DNA of 64,000 nucleotides from an uncultured delta proteobacterium (GTDB taxonomy: Bacteria > Desulfobacterota > Desulfomonilia > UBA1062), in contig CAVVYZ010000009.1 of NCBI GenBank assembly GCA_963752595.1, forward strand, positions 224,001-288,000, in the 5' to 3' direction. A program made the position numbers and the translations under genes. Shown here piece after piece: positions 34,968 to 45,782 of this stretch. Below the pieces are notes generated by a model, which saw only the letters and a program-made list of their open reading frames with translations, ran no database searches and had not been told where the DNA came from. Position 1 is the stretch's first letter; each line of letters begins with the position of its first letter.

Positions 34968-36365
34968 ATGAATTCTGTCATGCGTGATTTTCTGAACCCA
35001 AAAGGGGTTGCAGTGTTCGGGAGCATGAAGGAGGAGTGGTTCTTCGGGGCCGGCGTTGTGGTGAAGGACCTGAAGGACATCGGATATCAGGGGGCTGTCT
35101 ACCCGATCCACCCGAGCGCCCGGAGCGTTTATGGGATGAAGGTCCTGAAGGATGTCCGGGAGATCAGCGGCCCCGTTGACCTTGCGGTAATCATCACCTC
35201 CTTCCGGCAGGTGCCGGAGATCCTCACCCGGTGCGGAGAAAAAGGAATCAGGAGTGCGGTCGTGGTGGCCGACGGCTTTGGTGAGAACGGAGCCGAGGGC
35301 AGGCTTCGCCAGGAAGAGATGCTCGCCGTCGCACGAAGCCGGGGGATACGCATCATGGGCCCCAACACCCTCGGGGTATTCAACCCGGGAGGCAGGTTCA
35401 CTACCATACCGTACGAAAAGGGCTACAGCCTCCCTCCCCAAGGGCACCTTTCCATCATCACCCAGACCGGCATGTACGGGCCCCAGGCATACCCGTTCAT
35501 AGACTACCGGGCCGGCATCGGCTCGGTCATCGATCTCGGCAACATGTGCGACATAGACGAGGTGGACTGCCTCGAATATCTGAAGGATGACCCGGGCACC
35601 CGGGTGATATCCCTGTATATGGAGCACAGCAGACGTCCGAGGGAGTTCCTCGAAATCGCGAAGGAGTTGTCGCGTTCCAAGCCCATCCTGTGCCTGAAAG
35701 CGGGACGGTCCGAGGATTGCGCCGGAGCCATGGCATCGCACACGGGGTCGATTGCAGGCAATGACAAGCTTTACGATGCCCTTTTCAAGCAGGCAGGGGT
35801 AATCAGGGTAGACGAGTACGAGGACCTGCTGGACTACGCAAAGATCTTCTCGCACGGGCTCATGCCAAAGGGGAACCGGCTGGGCATCATAACTTTAACC
35901 GGAGCCATCGGAATCCAGTGTATCGATGCCGCATCCCCATCAGGCCTTGTTCCGGGAATCCTTACCGGGCCCAGCAGAGAGAAGCTTCCTTCCATCAGCC
36001 GTACCCTGGGCAGCCACCCCATCGACCTCGGCCCGGCATCGGCCATTGACGGCCCCGAACTCTTCAGCCATTACAAAAAATGCTATGACATCCTCCTGGA
36101 AGACCCGGAGATCGACTGCATCTATTTCAACAGCTACATCAGCAGCTACATGGCGCCGGAACTCTATGAAGACGTGCTCGGCCATATCGGGAAAAACATG
36201 AAGAAGCCGGTGGTAGCCTGGTCTTACGGCCCTTCCAAAGAATCGCTCGTCCAGCTCGCGAACCTCACTGAAAGCCACGGCATCCCCTTTTATTCCACCA
36301 CGTTCAAAGCTGTCAAAGCACTCGGTCACCTCTGCAGGTATGCCAGGTGGAAGGAAGCGCTTTAG
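34968..36365 (+). CDS. CoA-binding acyl-CoA synthetase (NDP-forming) alpha-like subunit
   Basis: IMGPNTLG, DLGNMCD, KAGRS...ASHTGS (phospho-His), HPIDL. Confidence 0.85.
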   Translation: MNSVMRDFLNPKGVAVFGSMKEEWFFGAGVVVKDLKDIGYQGAVYPIHPSARSVYGMKVLKDVREISGPVDLAVIITSFRQVPEILTRCGEKGIRSAVVVADGFGENGAEGRLRQEEMLAVARSRGIRIMGPNTLGVFNPGGRFTTIPYEKGYSLPPQGHLSIITQTGMYGPQAYPFIDYRAGIGSVIDLGNMCDIDEVDCLEYLKDDPGTRVISLYMEHSRRPREFLEIAKELSRSKPILCLKAGRSEDCAGAMASHTGSIAGNDKLYDALFKQAGVIRVDEYEDLLDYAKIFSHGLMPKGNRLGIITLTGAIGIQCIDAASPSGLVPGILTGPSREKLPSISRTLGSHPIDLGPASAIDGPELFSHYKKCYDILLEDPEIDCIYFNSYISSYMAPELYEDVLGHIGKNMKKPVVAWSYGPSKESLVQLANLTESHGIPFYSTTFKAVKALGHLCRYARWKEAL

Positions 36366-37801
36366 AAGAGGCTGGACGAGTTGTGCCTTTCCACCAGGTT
36401 GCCCCGGAAAAATACGGCATCGATGTTCTCCGTGTCGCGGATATTCTTCACAGGGTTTCCCCGGACCAGCAGGAGATCGGCTCCTTTTCCTTCCTCGACT
36501 GTCCCGAAATCGACGTTTCTGTGGAAGACCTCCTGCAAAATCCTTGCAGGCGCCGAGGTTGCCGAGATCAAAGCCTCTTCCGGAGTCAACCCGCCTTCCA
36601 CGAGATGCCGTAATTCAACATGGAGGGAGCCGCCGGCAGCAATCCCCAGGTTTGGAGCATCGGTTCCTGCGATGATGGTCACCCCGGCATCTTTGAGGAT
36701 TCTTACATTCGGATGCAGCACCTTTGCATACATCTTTAAATGCCGGTAATAATCGTCCCATGGGTCATTCTCCGGTTCCCTGTAGGGTTTCGCATTCTGC
36801 AGAGCTTTCTTTGCAGAAGGATGCATGGTTTCCCATTCGAGCCGGGAATAATGGGTGTAATCTTTCTCATTTATGAAGGTATTCAGATTGCGGAAGACGT
36901 ATACGGTCGGAGTAACGAACATCTTCCTGCGGGCGAGTTCTTGCGCGATCGCAGGATCGAGCGGCTCCTTGTAGACATTGTGGGCGATCCCGTCAGCCCC
37001 GCTTTCCATGGCGATCTGCACGTCCTCGTTCCTGCCGATGTGAATGAGCACCGGAATGCCCTTTCCATGCGAACGCCTGACGATTTCGGACACGATTGCG
37101 GCCTTCATCTTCGGCGTTCCGTCGGGCAGATCATCGAGATAGATCTTGGTGAAATCCGGCTTCGATGCCGGCTGCTTCTCGATCCTGTCCATATCGGCCG
37201 TGCCATCCACTTCAATGACGATCTCCGGGAAAAAGGGGCGGACGAACCAGGGATACTTCTGCTTGACCTTCTCCAGCATGGGGATGGGATGGGCGCCTTT
37301 CCCCGTGAACCCGAGGCCGCAATAGAAAAGGTGCGGCCCGGCGATCTTCCCTGCTTCGATATCTAAGGCAATGCCTTTCATCTCGTCAGCGGTTTTCCCA
37401 TTCATGTCCACCACCGTGGTAACCCCGCTGTAGAGACACCCTTCGAAGTTGAACCGCATCGTGGGTATGGGCCTTCCCCACGGGACGATCATGAAGCTTG
37501 TGATATGAGTATGAAAATCCGTGAGCCCGGGAAGCAGCGTCTTGCCCCTGCCGTCGATAACCTCTGCGCCCGGGGTATCGAGCCTCTCCGGGGAGACACG
37601 TACGATCTTCCCTCCCTTGACGTATACATCCATATTCTCCAGGAGCGGCCTGCCGGGAAGGCCGGTAAAGACTTTCACTTCCCGGATCAGGTATCCGTCC
37701 TTGGGAGGAGTTGCCTGCCGGATAAGTGAGTTGTCCGAGCATGAGCTGAGAAAAAGAGCCAGAACACATACGATCAGCCGGAACAAAAGCCTGTTTCCCA
37801 T
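36362..37801 (-). CDS. Amidohydrolase family protein, predicted lipoprotein
   Basis: PGLTDFHTH, AGTDA, GKGADLLLVRGNP; lipobox LSSC. Confidence 0.88.
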   Translation of the reverse strand: MGNRLLFRLIVCVLALFLSSCSDNSLIRQATPPKDGYLIREVKVFTGLPGRPLLENMDVYVKGGKIVRVSPERLDTPGAEVIDGRGKTLLPGLTDFHTHITSFMIVPWGRPIPTMRFNFEGCLYSGVTTVVDMNGKTADEMKGIALDIEAGKIAGPHLFYCGLGFTGKGAHPIPMLEKVKQKYPWFVRPFFPEIVIEVDGTADMDRIEKQPASKPDFTKIYLDDLPDGTPKMKAAIVSEIVRRSHGKGIPVLIHIGRNEDVQIAMESGADGIAHNVYKEPLDPAIAQELARRKMFVTPTVYVFRNLNTFINEKDYTHYSRLEWETMHPSAKKALQNAKPYREPENDPWDDYYRHLKMYAKVLHPNVRILKDAGVTIIAGTDAPNLGIAAGGSLHVELRHLVEGGLTPEEALISATSAPARILQEVFHRNVDFGTVEEGKGADLLLVRGNPVKNIRDTENIDAVFFRGNLVERHNSSSLF

Positions 37802-38054
37802 GAGAATCCTCCTCTTCAAAGCCACTTCGGTATCCTAAACCCCGGCAATAACCAGCGAAGGCCTCGCGCTTTTGCCCTCGGGGGAGCGCTTCCGTATAAT
37901 AACGCTTATTCCCTGGGGGATCTATGTTTTTTCCCTTTGTTATACGAGATCTCCCCAACGGTTCAATATGCAAACCAAAGGGGGGGGTTGATTGCTGGAG
38001 GATTTTTACGTCCGATTCGGAACGGCCACGCACAAACCAGTCACTTGACAAACA

Positions 38055-38076
38055 GGGGAGGCTTTTATACCTCCCC
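38055..38076. terminator. Hairpin downstream of hsp20
   Basis: GGGGAGG-N8-CCTCCCC close to the hsp20 stop. Confidence 0.55.
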
Positions 38077-38087
38077 TCCATCGGCTG

Positions 38088-38582
38088 TTAATGCACTGTA
38101 CTCTCCGTGCTGTTGACCTGGATCTTCCTGAAGCTTTTCTGCCCTTCGATTTTCGGCAGGCTGATGCACAGAACGCCGTTGAGATATACCGCTTCAATAT
38201 GGTCCAGATCTACATTTTCCGGCAGGGAGACCACACGTGAAAATTCTCCGTACACTCGCTCCGAGCATGCGATATCCCCTACCTTCTTATGCTCGACATC
38301 TTCCTTCTTGCCTTTGATGATAAGGCTGTCACCGGTCATGGTGAGATCGATATCGTCCTTCTCCACACCAGGAAGCTCTGCATCGATATGGAAGCTTTTC
38401 TCATCCTCTGCTATCTCCACCCTCGGGATGAACTGACCGGATGCTTCCGTCGGCCAGAAGCCGAACCTGTCAAAGAGCCTGTTCATTTCTCCCAAGAGCC
38501 TGGACGGAATGTTTCCCCATTCCCGACTCGAAGAGAGACCCGTTTGAGTCTGTTCCATGGGAGTCATGTATTTTGTATTCAT
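38088..38582 (-). CDS. Hsp20 family protein
   Basis: AELPGV, ERVYGEFSRVVSLP, NGVLCISLPK; RBS AGGAGGAG. Confidence 0.92.
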   Translation of the reverse strand: MNTKYMTPMEQTQTGLSSSREWGNIPSRLLGEMNRLFDRFGFWPTEASGQFIPRVEIAEDEKSFHIDAELPGVEKDDIDLTMTGDSLIIKGKKEDVEHKKVGDIACSERVYGEFSRVVSLPENVDLDHIEAVYLNGVLCISLPKIEGQKSFRKIQVNSTESTVH

Positions 38583-38647
38583 GGTATCTCCTCCTTGGGA
38601 TAAGCATTCTTTCAAGCTGATCCCACAGATAATTCTGTACGCAGCTT

Positions 38648-38675
38648 TTGTAGTGATGCATCTGTGAAATTCAAG
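38648..38675 (-). promoter_or_regulatory. Putative heat-shock promoter of hsp20
   Basis: CTTGAAT-N14-ACTACAA on minus strand. Confidence 0.45.
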
Positions 38676-38877
38676 GGGGTATGCGGTGATAAGCGGCTCG
38701 ATTCTGTATTTCTGGATGCTGTTCAGAGAAGACAGCCGTGAAGATGTCGGAAAGGCGCTTGATTCCCTCGTTCATGCAAAAATCATGGACCTGTACAGCG
38801 AGCCGTCCATCTCCCCGGCAAAATGACCTGAACCGGGGTCATGTGGAAGGAGCCGCCTGCCTTGAAGGCCTTCCGAT

Positions 38878-39918
38878 CTATCTTCCGGCCTTCCGGGCCT
38901 GCTTGTCCCGATAAAGGAGCTCATCCGCCTTTTTCAGCACAGCGGCAACGTCTTCCCCGCTGCTGTAATCGGGACAGGCGATACCGTAGCTGAACTGCAC
39001 CGGCACGGGGCTGCCCCCCAAATGAACAGGGTGCTCGGCGAAATACCCCCTGATGCGCCGGATAAGGGAGTGGGCCTCTGTCCGGGCCGTCTCGGGGAGG
39101 ATCATGACGAACTCGTCCCCTGCAAAACGGGAAATGATATCGCTCTGCCGCGACATCTCCCTCAAAGACTCGGCCACATGCACGAGGAGCTCATCACCGC
39201 AGTCATGCCCGAGAGAATCGTTGACCTGTTTGAAATCGTCGAGGTCGATGAAGGCCACGCTCAAGGGGTTCTTATATCGCTTCGACCGGGTGAGCTCCCG
39301 CTTCAGTGCCCGCTCCATGGCCCTGCGGTTCAGCAGCCCGGTGAGGGAATCCTTGAAGGCTAGTGCCTTGAGTTCTTCATGGGCAGCCACATTGGAAAGA
39401 CAGATGGAAACAACGAGTCCGAGCTGCTCCAGAAGGATGGTGTCGGCATCCGGAGAGAACCGGTCGGGCGAAGTATCTGCAAAATTGAGGCTTCCGACGA
39501 TGTCTCCGTCGAGACTGATGGGGACGATTGCCAGGGAGTTGAACCCCTTTCCCGGTCCTTTGGGCATGATGATTTCATACAGGCTCAAACCCTCATTCCG
39601 AAGCGTCGGCTTGCCCGTGTCCTGGACAACCAGGGTGAACTTCCTGCGGTCGACGATCTTCAGATGCTTCTCCGGGATCGCAGTGGAGGCATAGGTCTGG
39701 ATGAGCCTGGCAGCCTTGCTTGTCTGGACCAGGGTGACCCAGACGAATCCGACATCGAACTTTTCCATGATCTCGGACAGGAGCTTCTCGAAGAAATCGT
39801 GGAAATTGAGGGTGGAGAGCACGCTCATTTCCACCTCGAAAAATTTCAGGGCGATCTCCTCGTTCTCACGGAACCTCTGGATAAGCTTCTTGATATCCTC
39901 ACTCGTATAGAACTTCAT
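38878..39918 (-). CDS. Diguanylate cyclase with GAF-like (DUF484-like) sensor
   Basis: DSLTGLLNRR, DLDDFKQVND, RFAGDEF (AGDEF variant). Confidence 0.88.
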   Translation of the reverse strand: MKFYTSEDIKKLIQRFRENEEIALKFFEVEMSVLSTLNFHDFFEKLLSEIMEKFDVGFVWVTLVQTSKAARLIQTYASTAIPEKHLKIVDRRKFTLVVQDTGKPTLRNEGLSLYEIIMPKGPGKGFNSLAIVPISLDGDIVGSLNFADTSPDRFSPDADTILLEQLGLVVSICLSNVAAHEELKALAFKDSLTGLLNRRAMERALKRELTRSKRYKNPLSVAFIDLDDFKQVNDSLGHDCGDELLVHVAESLREMSRQSDIISRFAGDEFVMILPETARTEAHSLIRRIRGYFAEHPVHLGGSPVPVQFSYGIACPDYSSGEDVAAVLKKADELLYRDKQARKAGR

Positions 39919-40055
39919 GGCTTTATTGTTAAAACATCTCCCGTTTTCAAATATAAACGAACATGATGAGCTCTGCAATATCCATGCAAAGGGAGGCAGG
40001 AAATCAAAGGTTCATCTCCCCCTGCCCGCCCGCATTTGTGGAGCACGGGCCATGG

Positions 40056-40087
40056 TCCGAATCCCGACGGCGCCGTCGGGATTCGGA
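40056..40087. repeat. Perfect 32-bp palindrome
   Basis: TCCGAATCCCGACGGC|GCCGTCGGGATTCGGA between divergent genes. Confidence 0.9.
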
Positions 40088-40104
40088 GGATTCTTGTTGT
40101 TTTT

Positions 40105-40127
40105 GTATTATAGTATGACTATATTAC
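40105..40127. promoter_or_regulatory. Putative FadR/GntR operator (autoregulatory)
   Basis: GTATTATAGT-ATG-ACTATATTAC; near-identical site at 47437. Confidence 0.65.
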
Positions 40128-40152
40128 TTCTTATGAAGAACCGGTGCCGCCC

Positions 40153-40902
40153 ATGAAAAGAGACCTTTCTCTCATGACACCCATCGCGAAGACGCCAACT
40201 ATCCCCTTGCAGGTAGCCGGGCAGATCATCGGCCTCATCAAGTCGGGGAAGATAAAACAAGGGGACCGGTTGCCCTCTGAGGACGAGATGACCAGGCTCC
40301 TGGGCATAAGCCGTATTACTTTACGCGAATCAAAAAAACTGCTCGAAGCCAGAGGGTATATTGAAATCCGCGCCAAGGGAAGCACGTACGTGAGCATCCC
40401 CGAAAACGGCGAAAAATCTTCCATAGAGGATCTGGTCTCCCTCGATCCGGACAAAATATGGGAACTGATCGAAGTGAGGAGGATCCTCGACTCCGAGGCC
40501 GCATCCATTGCCTGCACGCATGCCACGGAAAAGGAAAAGGCGGCCTTGAGGGCTTTCTGCCGCAGGGCAATCGAGCTGGGTTTTGGAGACATGCTCTCCA
40601 TTGCCGAAGAAGGGGGCAGGCTCTATGCCGAATTCTTCAACGCCCTCATCGATTCAACCCATAACACGATGTTCAGCTCTTTGAGAAAATCAGTCGATTC
40701 CCTTCTCATCGGCGCACTCCCCTTCAGCCGCAGAAAGCTTTCCACCATCAAGGGGAGCGCAAAGACCATCATCAACCAGATCTGCGCCATCGTGGATGCT
40801 ATTGAAAAAAGCGATCCGGCTGCGGCAAGGCAGGCCATGGTGGCCCACATCGACTATCTCGAGAAAACCTTAAGAAAGACGATGAGCCAAAGAGAACCGT
40901 GA
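40153..40902 (+). CDS. GntR family regulator, FadR subfamily
   Basis: GDRLPSEDEM...GISRITLRE; FCD domain (EVRRILDSE, HN, AMVAHI). Confidence 0.9.
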   Translation: MKRDLSLMTPIAKTPTIPLQVAGQIIGLIKSGKIKQGDRLPSEDEMTRLLGISRITLRESKKLLEARGYIEIRAKGSTYVSIPENGEKSSIEDLVSLDPDKIWELIEVRRILDSEAASIACTHATEKEKAALRAFCRRAIELGFGDMLSIAEEGGRLYAEFFNALIDSTHNTMFSSLRKSVDSLLIGALPFSRRKLSTIKGSAKTIINQICAIVDAIEKSDPAAARQAMVAHIDYLEKTLRKTMSQREP

Positions 40903-41063
40903 CGGAAAGCCTGCCCTTTAAACCTCCGAGCAGATGAATCCCGGAGCCTGATCTTTTCAGGCAGTCCCGTCCCCGTGCTCATGCCCGGGTACGGGATCTC
41001 ATGCCATTTTCACTTAAGGCCGTACGGTCAGCGGCCTTGACGAGCTTATACTGATCCGTTTTC

Positions 41064-43248
41064 TTATTTTTCTTCCCTGAACTTTTTCTTCTTCTTCGCC
41101 ATGTCCACAAGGAGATCGGGCGGCGTATACAGGACCCCGAACCGTTCCTCGAGCCTATTCATCTTGTCTGTGATGGTCTGTGCGCCCACGAGGTCGATGT
41201 ACCGGAAGGGGCCTCCGGTAAATGGCGGGAAACCGAGACCGAACACCGCGCCGATGTCGCCGTCCCTGGCGCAGGAGATGATGCCTTCCTGGAGGCAGAG
41301 CACCGCCTCACCGATCATCGCAAGGGAGAGACGGTCCTGGATCTCCGCGGTGTCAAAGACCTTTCTCGTTCCTCCTAAAATTTCGTACACCTCCGGATTG
41401 ACCGGCTTGCCGCCTTTTTTCCTGCCGCCGATAAAAGGCAGGCCCTTCTTCTTCGGGGCATCGTAGAGATAGAACCCCTTATTGTTCTTCCTGCCCTTGA
41501 AGCCCTTTTCGAAGAGCTTGGTGTACCCGTCAGATCCCTGCAACCCTCTGGAGGTGAAGAGATTTTTGATCTCCCCTTTTGCCACATGGGCAGCGACATC
41601 GATGCCCAGCTCATCCACGAGCGTGATGGGCCCCACGGGGTAGCCGAAGAGCTTCATGGCCTTGTCGATCTCCTTGGGGTCCGCACCCTCTTCCACGAGC
41701 TTGATGGATTCGTTCAGGAGCGGGACGAGGATGCGGGTGGTGTAAAACCCGGGGCCGTCCTTGACCACGATGCAGGTCTTGCCCTGCATGATCCCGAATT
41801 CCAGGGCCGTTGCCTCGACCCAGTCCGCCGTCTTATCCGTCACGATGATTTCCAGCAGGGGCATCTTGGGTACCGGCGAGAAATAGTGCATGCCCACTAC
41901 ATTCTCGGGCCTCTTGCACCCTTGGGCAATGTGCGAGATCGGAAGCGCCGAGGTGTTGGAGGCGAAGACCGTTTCACTGCCGGTTGCAGCCTCCACGTCG
42001 GCAAGCACCTTACGTTTAAGGTTCAGATCCTCGAATACCGCCTCGATGACGATGCCGGTATTCCTGAAATTCGCATAATCGTCGCAGGCAATGAGTTTCC
42101 CGTAGCGGGCATCCCGCTCGAATTTCGTGATGGCACCCGATCTTGCCTGCTTTTCAAGGCCTTTCCAGATCTCCTTCATGCCCTTGGCAGCGGCCTCGAT
42201 GGAGATGTCTTTCATGAGGATGGTCTCGGCAATGCCGGAGGAAACCGAGGCAATGCCGTGCCCCATGAGCCCGCACCCCAGGACGGCCATCTTCCTTACC
42301 GGCCGTGCCTTGTCCTTCATGGGATTTTTCTTGAGGTCGGTCATGCCCTCGAACAAACTCCGGAGCGCACCCGACTTCGGGTCCATGACCAGCTTCGCAA
42401 AGGTCCTGATATCGTTTTCCAGGCCCTGCCGAACCCCGTGCTTCAGCCCGTACTCAACCGAAGAAATGATGGCAAAGGCTGCAGGATAGTGACCTTGCGT
42501 CTGCCTCATCACCTGCTCGCGTGCCTTGCCGAACACGAAGCTCCTGCCCAGCGATGTCTCCTGGAGCGCCCGGTTGACCGTCGCATCCATGATCTTTTCC
42601 TGCATGGACCGCTTCTTATGCGATTCTTACCCCCCCGTCGGCAAGCTGGAGGGCCTTGGCCACAGCCATATTCTTCATCCCGTGGGGGATCACGATCTCG
42701 TCGATGATGCCCAGTTTCAGTGCTTTTTTCGGCCTGACATTCGCACCCGTGAGCATCAGGGGCAGCGCATTGATAAGGCCGATGAGACGGGGGAGACGCT
42801 GGGTCCCTCCGGCAGCCGGAATCAGGCCGAGCTGCACTTCAGGCAACCCCATGACCGTTTTCGTGGAATCCGATGCCATGCGGTAATCTGCCACCAGGGC
42901 GAGTTCGAGCCCTCCCCCGAGGCAGTTCCCGTGAATTGCGCACACCACCGGGATCGATAAGGTTTCAATCCTGCGTAAGACTTCGTGGGCTTTCGAGATA
43001 TAGATGACGACCTCGGCAGGGGTCTTCATGGCATTGAGCTCGTCCACATCCGCACCCACCACGAAATTGTCATCCTTGCCGCTTACGATGACGAGCCCTT
43101 TGAGGCCTGCATCTTTCTCTATATCATCGAGCAGCCCCGATATTTCTTCGAGCAGGCCGCTGGACACCTTGTTCACCTTTGAATCCGGGCAGTCGATGGT
43201 GACCGCCATGACATTGCTCTCTGTTTTCTCCACCTGCAGGTACTTCAT
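41064..43248 (-). CDS. fadJ: Fatty acid oxidation complex alpha subunit, FadJ-like (frameshift near 42610)
   Basis: Crotonase domain (GGGLELAL, LPEVQLGLIP) then dehydrogenase domain (GCGLMG, EAVFEDL, SNTSAL, GMHYFSP). Confidence 0.88.
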
Positions 43249-43269
43249 GGTATCAAGCCTCCGTGTGAT

Positions 43270-44589
43270 TTAATTGGCATTTTCGAAGATGATGGCATTC
43301 CCCAAGGCTCCGGCCCCACACCCGGAAATAACGCCGAACTGGGCTCCTTCGTCGATCATCCGGTTGCAGCAGGTCGTCACGAGCCTGCCTCCCGTGGCTC
43401 CGAAGGGATGGCCAAGGGACAGCGAGCCTCCGTAGATATTGAGCTTGTCCATGTCGATCTCGCCCACTGCCTTGCTCAAACCGAGCTTTTCATGAGCGAA
43501 CTGCGCGGATGCGAGGCATTTGACATTGGCAACCATCTGGACCGCAAAGGCCTCGTGAATTTCGAAAACCCCGATATCGGAAAGCGCCAACCCCGCCTTG
43601 TCCAGGGCCTTCGGGATGGTGAATGCAGGGCCCAAGAGCAGCTCTTCCACAAGATCCTGGCCCGAGTATGCATAGGAAACGATGTAGGCCTTGGGCTTCA
43701 ACCCGAGAGCTCTGGCTTTTTCCTCGCTCATGAGCAGAACCGCGGTGCCTCCGTCGGTGAGGAACGAGGAATTTGCAGCTGTGACCGTACCATACTTCTT
43801 GTCGAATGCCCCTTTGAGCTTGCCCAGCTTTTCCATGGAGGCGTCCTCACGGGGCCCGTTGTCGTATTCGATGGGCTTGTCCTTGCCGGGTACGACCACA
43901 GGGACGACCTCTTTCTTCATGAGTCCATTCTTTTCCGCCCTGGCAGCCCTGAGGTGGGACTGGACAGCAAACGCATCCTGCTCCTGACGGGATATCCCGA
44001 GACGCTTGGCAAGCCTTTCCGCATTCTGGCCCATGAGGAGCCCCGTGGAATATTCGCTCGCCGCAGGTTTGTCCGGCAGGACAAAATCGACAGGCCTCAT
44101 CTTAAGGATCCGTTTGAATGTCTCGGCAAGATTCTTCGGCCGGTGATACATGGTCATATCGAGGAGAAACCTGCGGTATTTCCTGGAGACTTTGATGGCG
44201 GCATCCGAGAAGGTTTCCACTCCTCCTGCGATTATGGTATCGGCATTGCCCGTTGCGATCATATTGGCGCCGTTTACCACCGCCACATTGGCGGAAACGC
44301 ATGCAAGCGTGCAGGTATGTGCGGGAACACTTTCCGGCAGGCCTGCCCCGAGCGCAATCTCCCTGGCAACATTCGTCGTGGCCATGTCGGTCGCGACGCA
44401 GCCCATCATGACATGGTCGATCTCTTTGGGATCCATCCCGGTCCTTACCAGAAGCCCCTTCACGGCAAAGCGGCCGAGCTCCCATGCCATGAGGTCATAA
44501 TATCCGGTTCCGGACCTCTGAAAGGGGATCCTGCACCCGTCGATGACTGCAACCCTTCTTGATGTCTGCTTCTTCCATTTTCGCGCCAT
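43270..44589 (-). CDS. fadI: Acetyl-CoA C-acyltransferase, FadI-like thiolase
   Basis: TLACVS, HEAFA, GHPFGATG, CGAGALG. Confidence 0.9.
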   Translation of the reverse strand: MARKWKKQTSRRVAVIDGCRIPFQRSGTGYYDLMAWELGRFAVKGLLVRTGMDPKEIDHVMMGCVATDMATTNVAREIALGAGLPESVPAHTCTLACVSANVAVVNGANMIATGNADTIIAGGVETFSDAAIKVSRKYRRFLLDMTMYHRPKNLAETFKRILKMRPVDFVLPDKPAASEYSTGLLMGQNAERLAKRLGISRQEQDAFAVQSHLRAARAEKNGLMKKEVVPVVVPGKDKPIEYDNGPREDASMEKLGKLKGAFDKKYGTVTAANSSFLTDGGTAVLLMSEEKARALGLKPKAYIVSYAYSGQDLVEELLLGPAFTIPKALDKAGLALSDIGVFEIHEAFAVQMVANVKCLASAQFAHEKLGLSKAVGEIDMDKLNIYGGSLSLGHPFGATGGRLVTTCCNRMIDEGAQFGVISGCGAGALGNAIIFENAN

Positions 44590-44614
44590 TTTTTAAGAAA
44601 CCTCCTTTTTTTCT

Positions 44615-45766
44615 TTACAGCCCGAGCTGCCTGCTGATGATGAGCAGCATTATTTCCGAAGTCCCGGCATAGATGGTCTGGACCTTTGCGTCGCGGAACA
44701 TTCTGGCGATGGGGTATTCTTCCATGTAGCCGTACCCGCCGTGGAACTGCACGCACTGGCCCACCACCCGGTTGAGCATCTCGCAGATCCAGTATTTGGC
44801 CATGGACGCCCGCTTGACATCGAGCTTCCTGTCCAGATGGTCGATGAGGCAGCTTTCAAGGAAGGCCCTCCCGAGCTCTACCTCGGTCGCCATCTTTGCA
44901 AGCTCGAAAGAGATGTACTGGTGCCTGCTGACGGGCCTGCCGAAGGCCTCCCTGGTTCTTGTATAATCAAGGGTAATACGAAGCGCTTCTTCCGCGCCCA
45001 CTTGGGAACCCATGGCGCACACGAGCCTTTCCTGCTGGAGCTTCTCCATGAGATAGTAGAACCCTGCCCCTTCTTTTCCCAGCAGGTTTGCAGCCGGCAC
45101 GCGGCAGTCAACGAATGCCATTTCCGCGGTATCCTGGGAGTGCAGCCCGATTTTCTCGAGCCTCCTCCCCTTTTCGAAGCCTAAGGTCCCGTCTTCCACC
45201 ACGATGAGCGACATGCCCTCATACGGTGATGCAGAGCCCGGATTGGTGACCGCGGCCACGATGACCAGGTCGCAGGACAGGCCGTTCGAGATGAAGGTCT
45301 TCTGGCCGTTGATGATGAAGTCGTCTCCGTCCCTGACTGCACTCGTGCGCATTGCCGCAAGGTCGGACCCGGTTCCCGGCTCGGTCATGGCCACCGCAGT
45401 GATGATGTCGCCTGTCACGCATCCGGGGAGCCATTTGTCTTTCTGCTCACTGGTGCCGTAGTTGAAGAGGTAAGGTACGATGATGTCCGAGTGCAGAGGA
45501 AAGAAGAACCCGCCGCAGCGCGTCCTGGCCAGTTCTTCGGTCAGGATGAACGAATAGAGAAAGTCGGCCCCGACGCCGCCGTACTCCTCGGGAAGCCAGG
45601 GGCACAGGAATCCCTGATCGCCCATCTTTTTCCATACCGACCGAGGGACCAGGCCTTCCTTTTCCCACGTGTCGGCATACGGAGCGACCTCTTTTTCAAA
45701 GAATTTCCGGACCGCATTGCGGAACTGATTATGTTCATCGGTATAGTATCTGTCGAGCAGCGGCAT
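44615..45766 (-). CDS. Acyl-CoA dehydrogenase (long-chain type)
   Basis: AMTEPGTGSDL, NGQKTFISNG, QFHGGYGYMEEY, IYAGTSEIM. Confidence 0.93.
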   Translation of the reverse strand: MPLLDRYYTDEHNQFRNAVRKFFEKEVAPYADTWEKEGLVPRSVWKKMGDQGFLCPWLPEEYGGVGADFLYSFILTEELARTRCGGFFFPLHSDIIVPYLFNYGTSEQKDKWLPGCVTGDIITAVAMTEPGTGSDLAAMRTSAVRDGDDFIINGQKTFISNGLSCDLVIVAAVTNPGSASPYEGMSLIVVEDGTLGFEKGRRLEKIGLHSQDTAEMAFVDCRVPAANLLGKEGAGFYYLMEKLQQERLVCAMGSQVGAEEALRITLDYTRTREAFGRPVSRHQYISFELAKMATEVELGRAFLESCLIDHLDRKLDVKRASMAKYWICEMLNRVVGQCVQFHGGYGYMEEYPIARMFRDAKVQTIYAGTSEIMLLIISRQLGL

Positions 45767-45782
45767 GCATTCCTCCTTTTCC

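Noticed and set aside
42600-42645. Natural split of FadJ or a programmed frameshift
   Set aside because: The break is next to a G homopolymer and no RBS precedes the second part; consistent with an indel error
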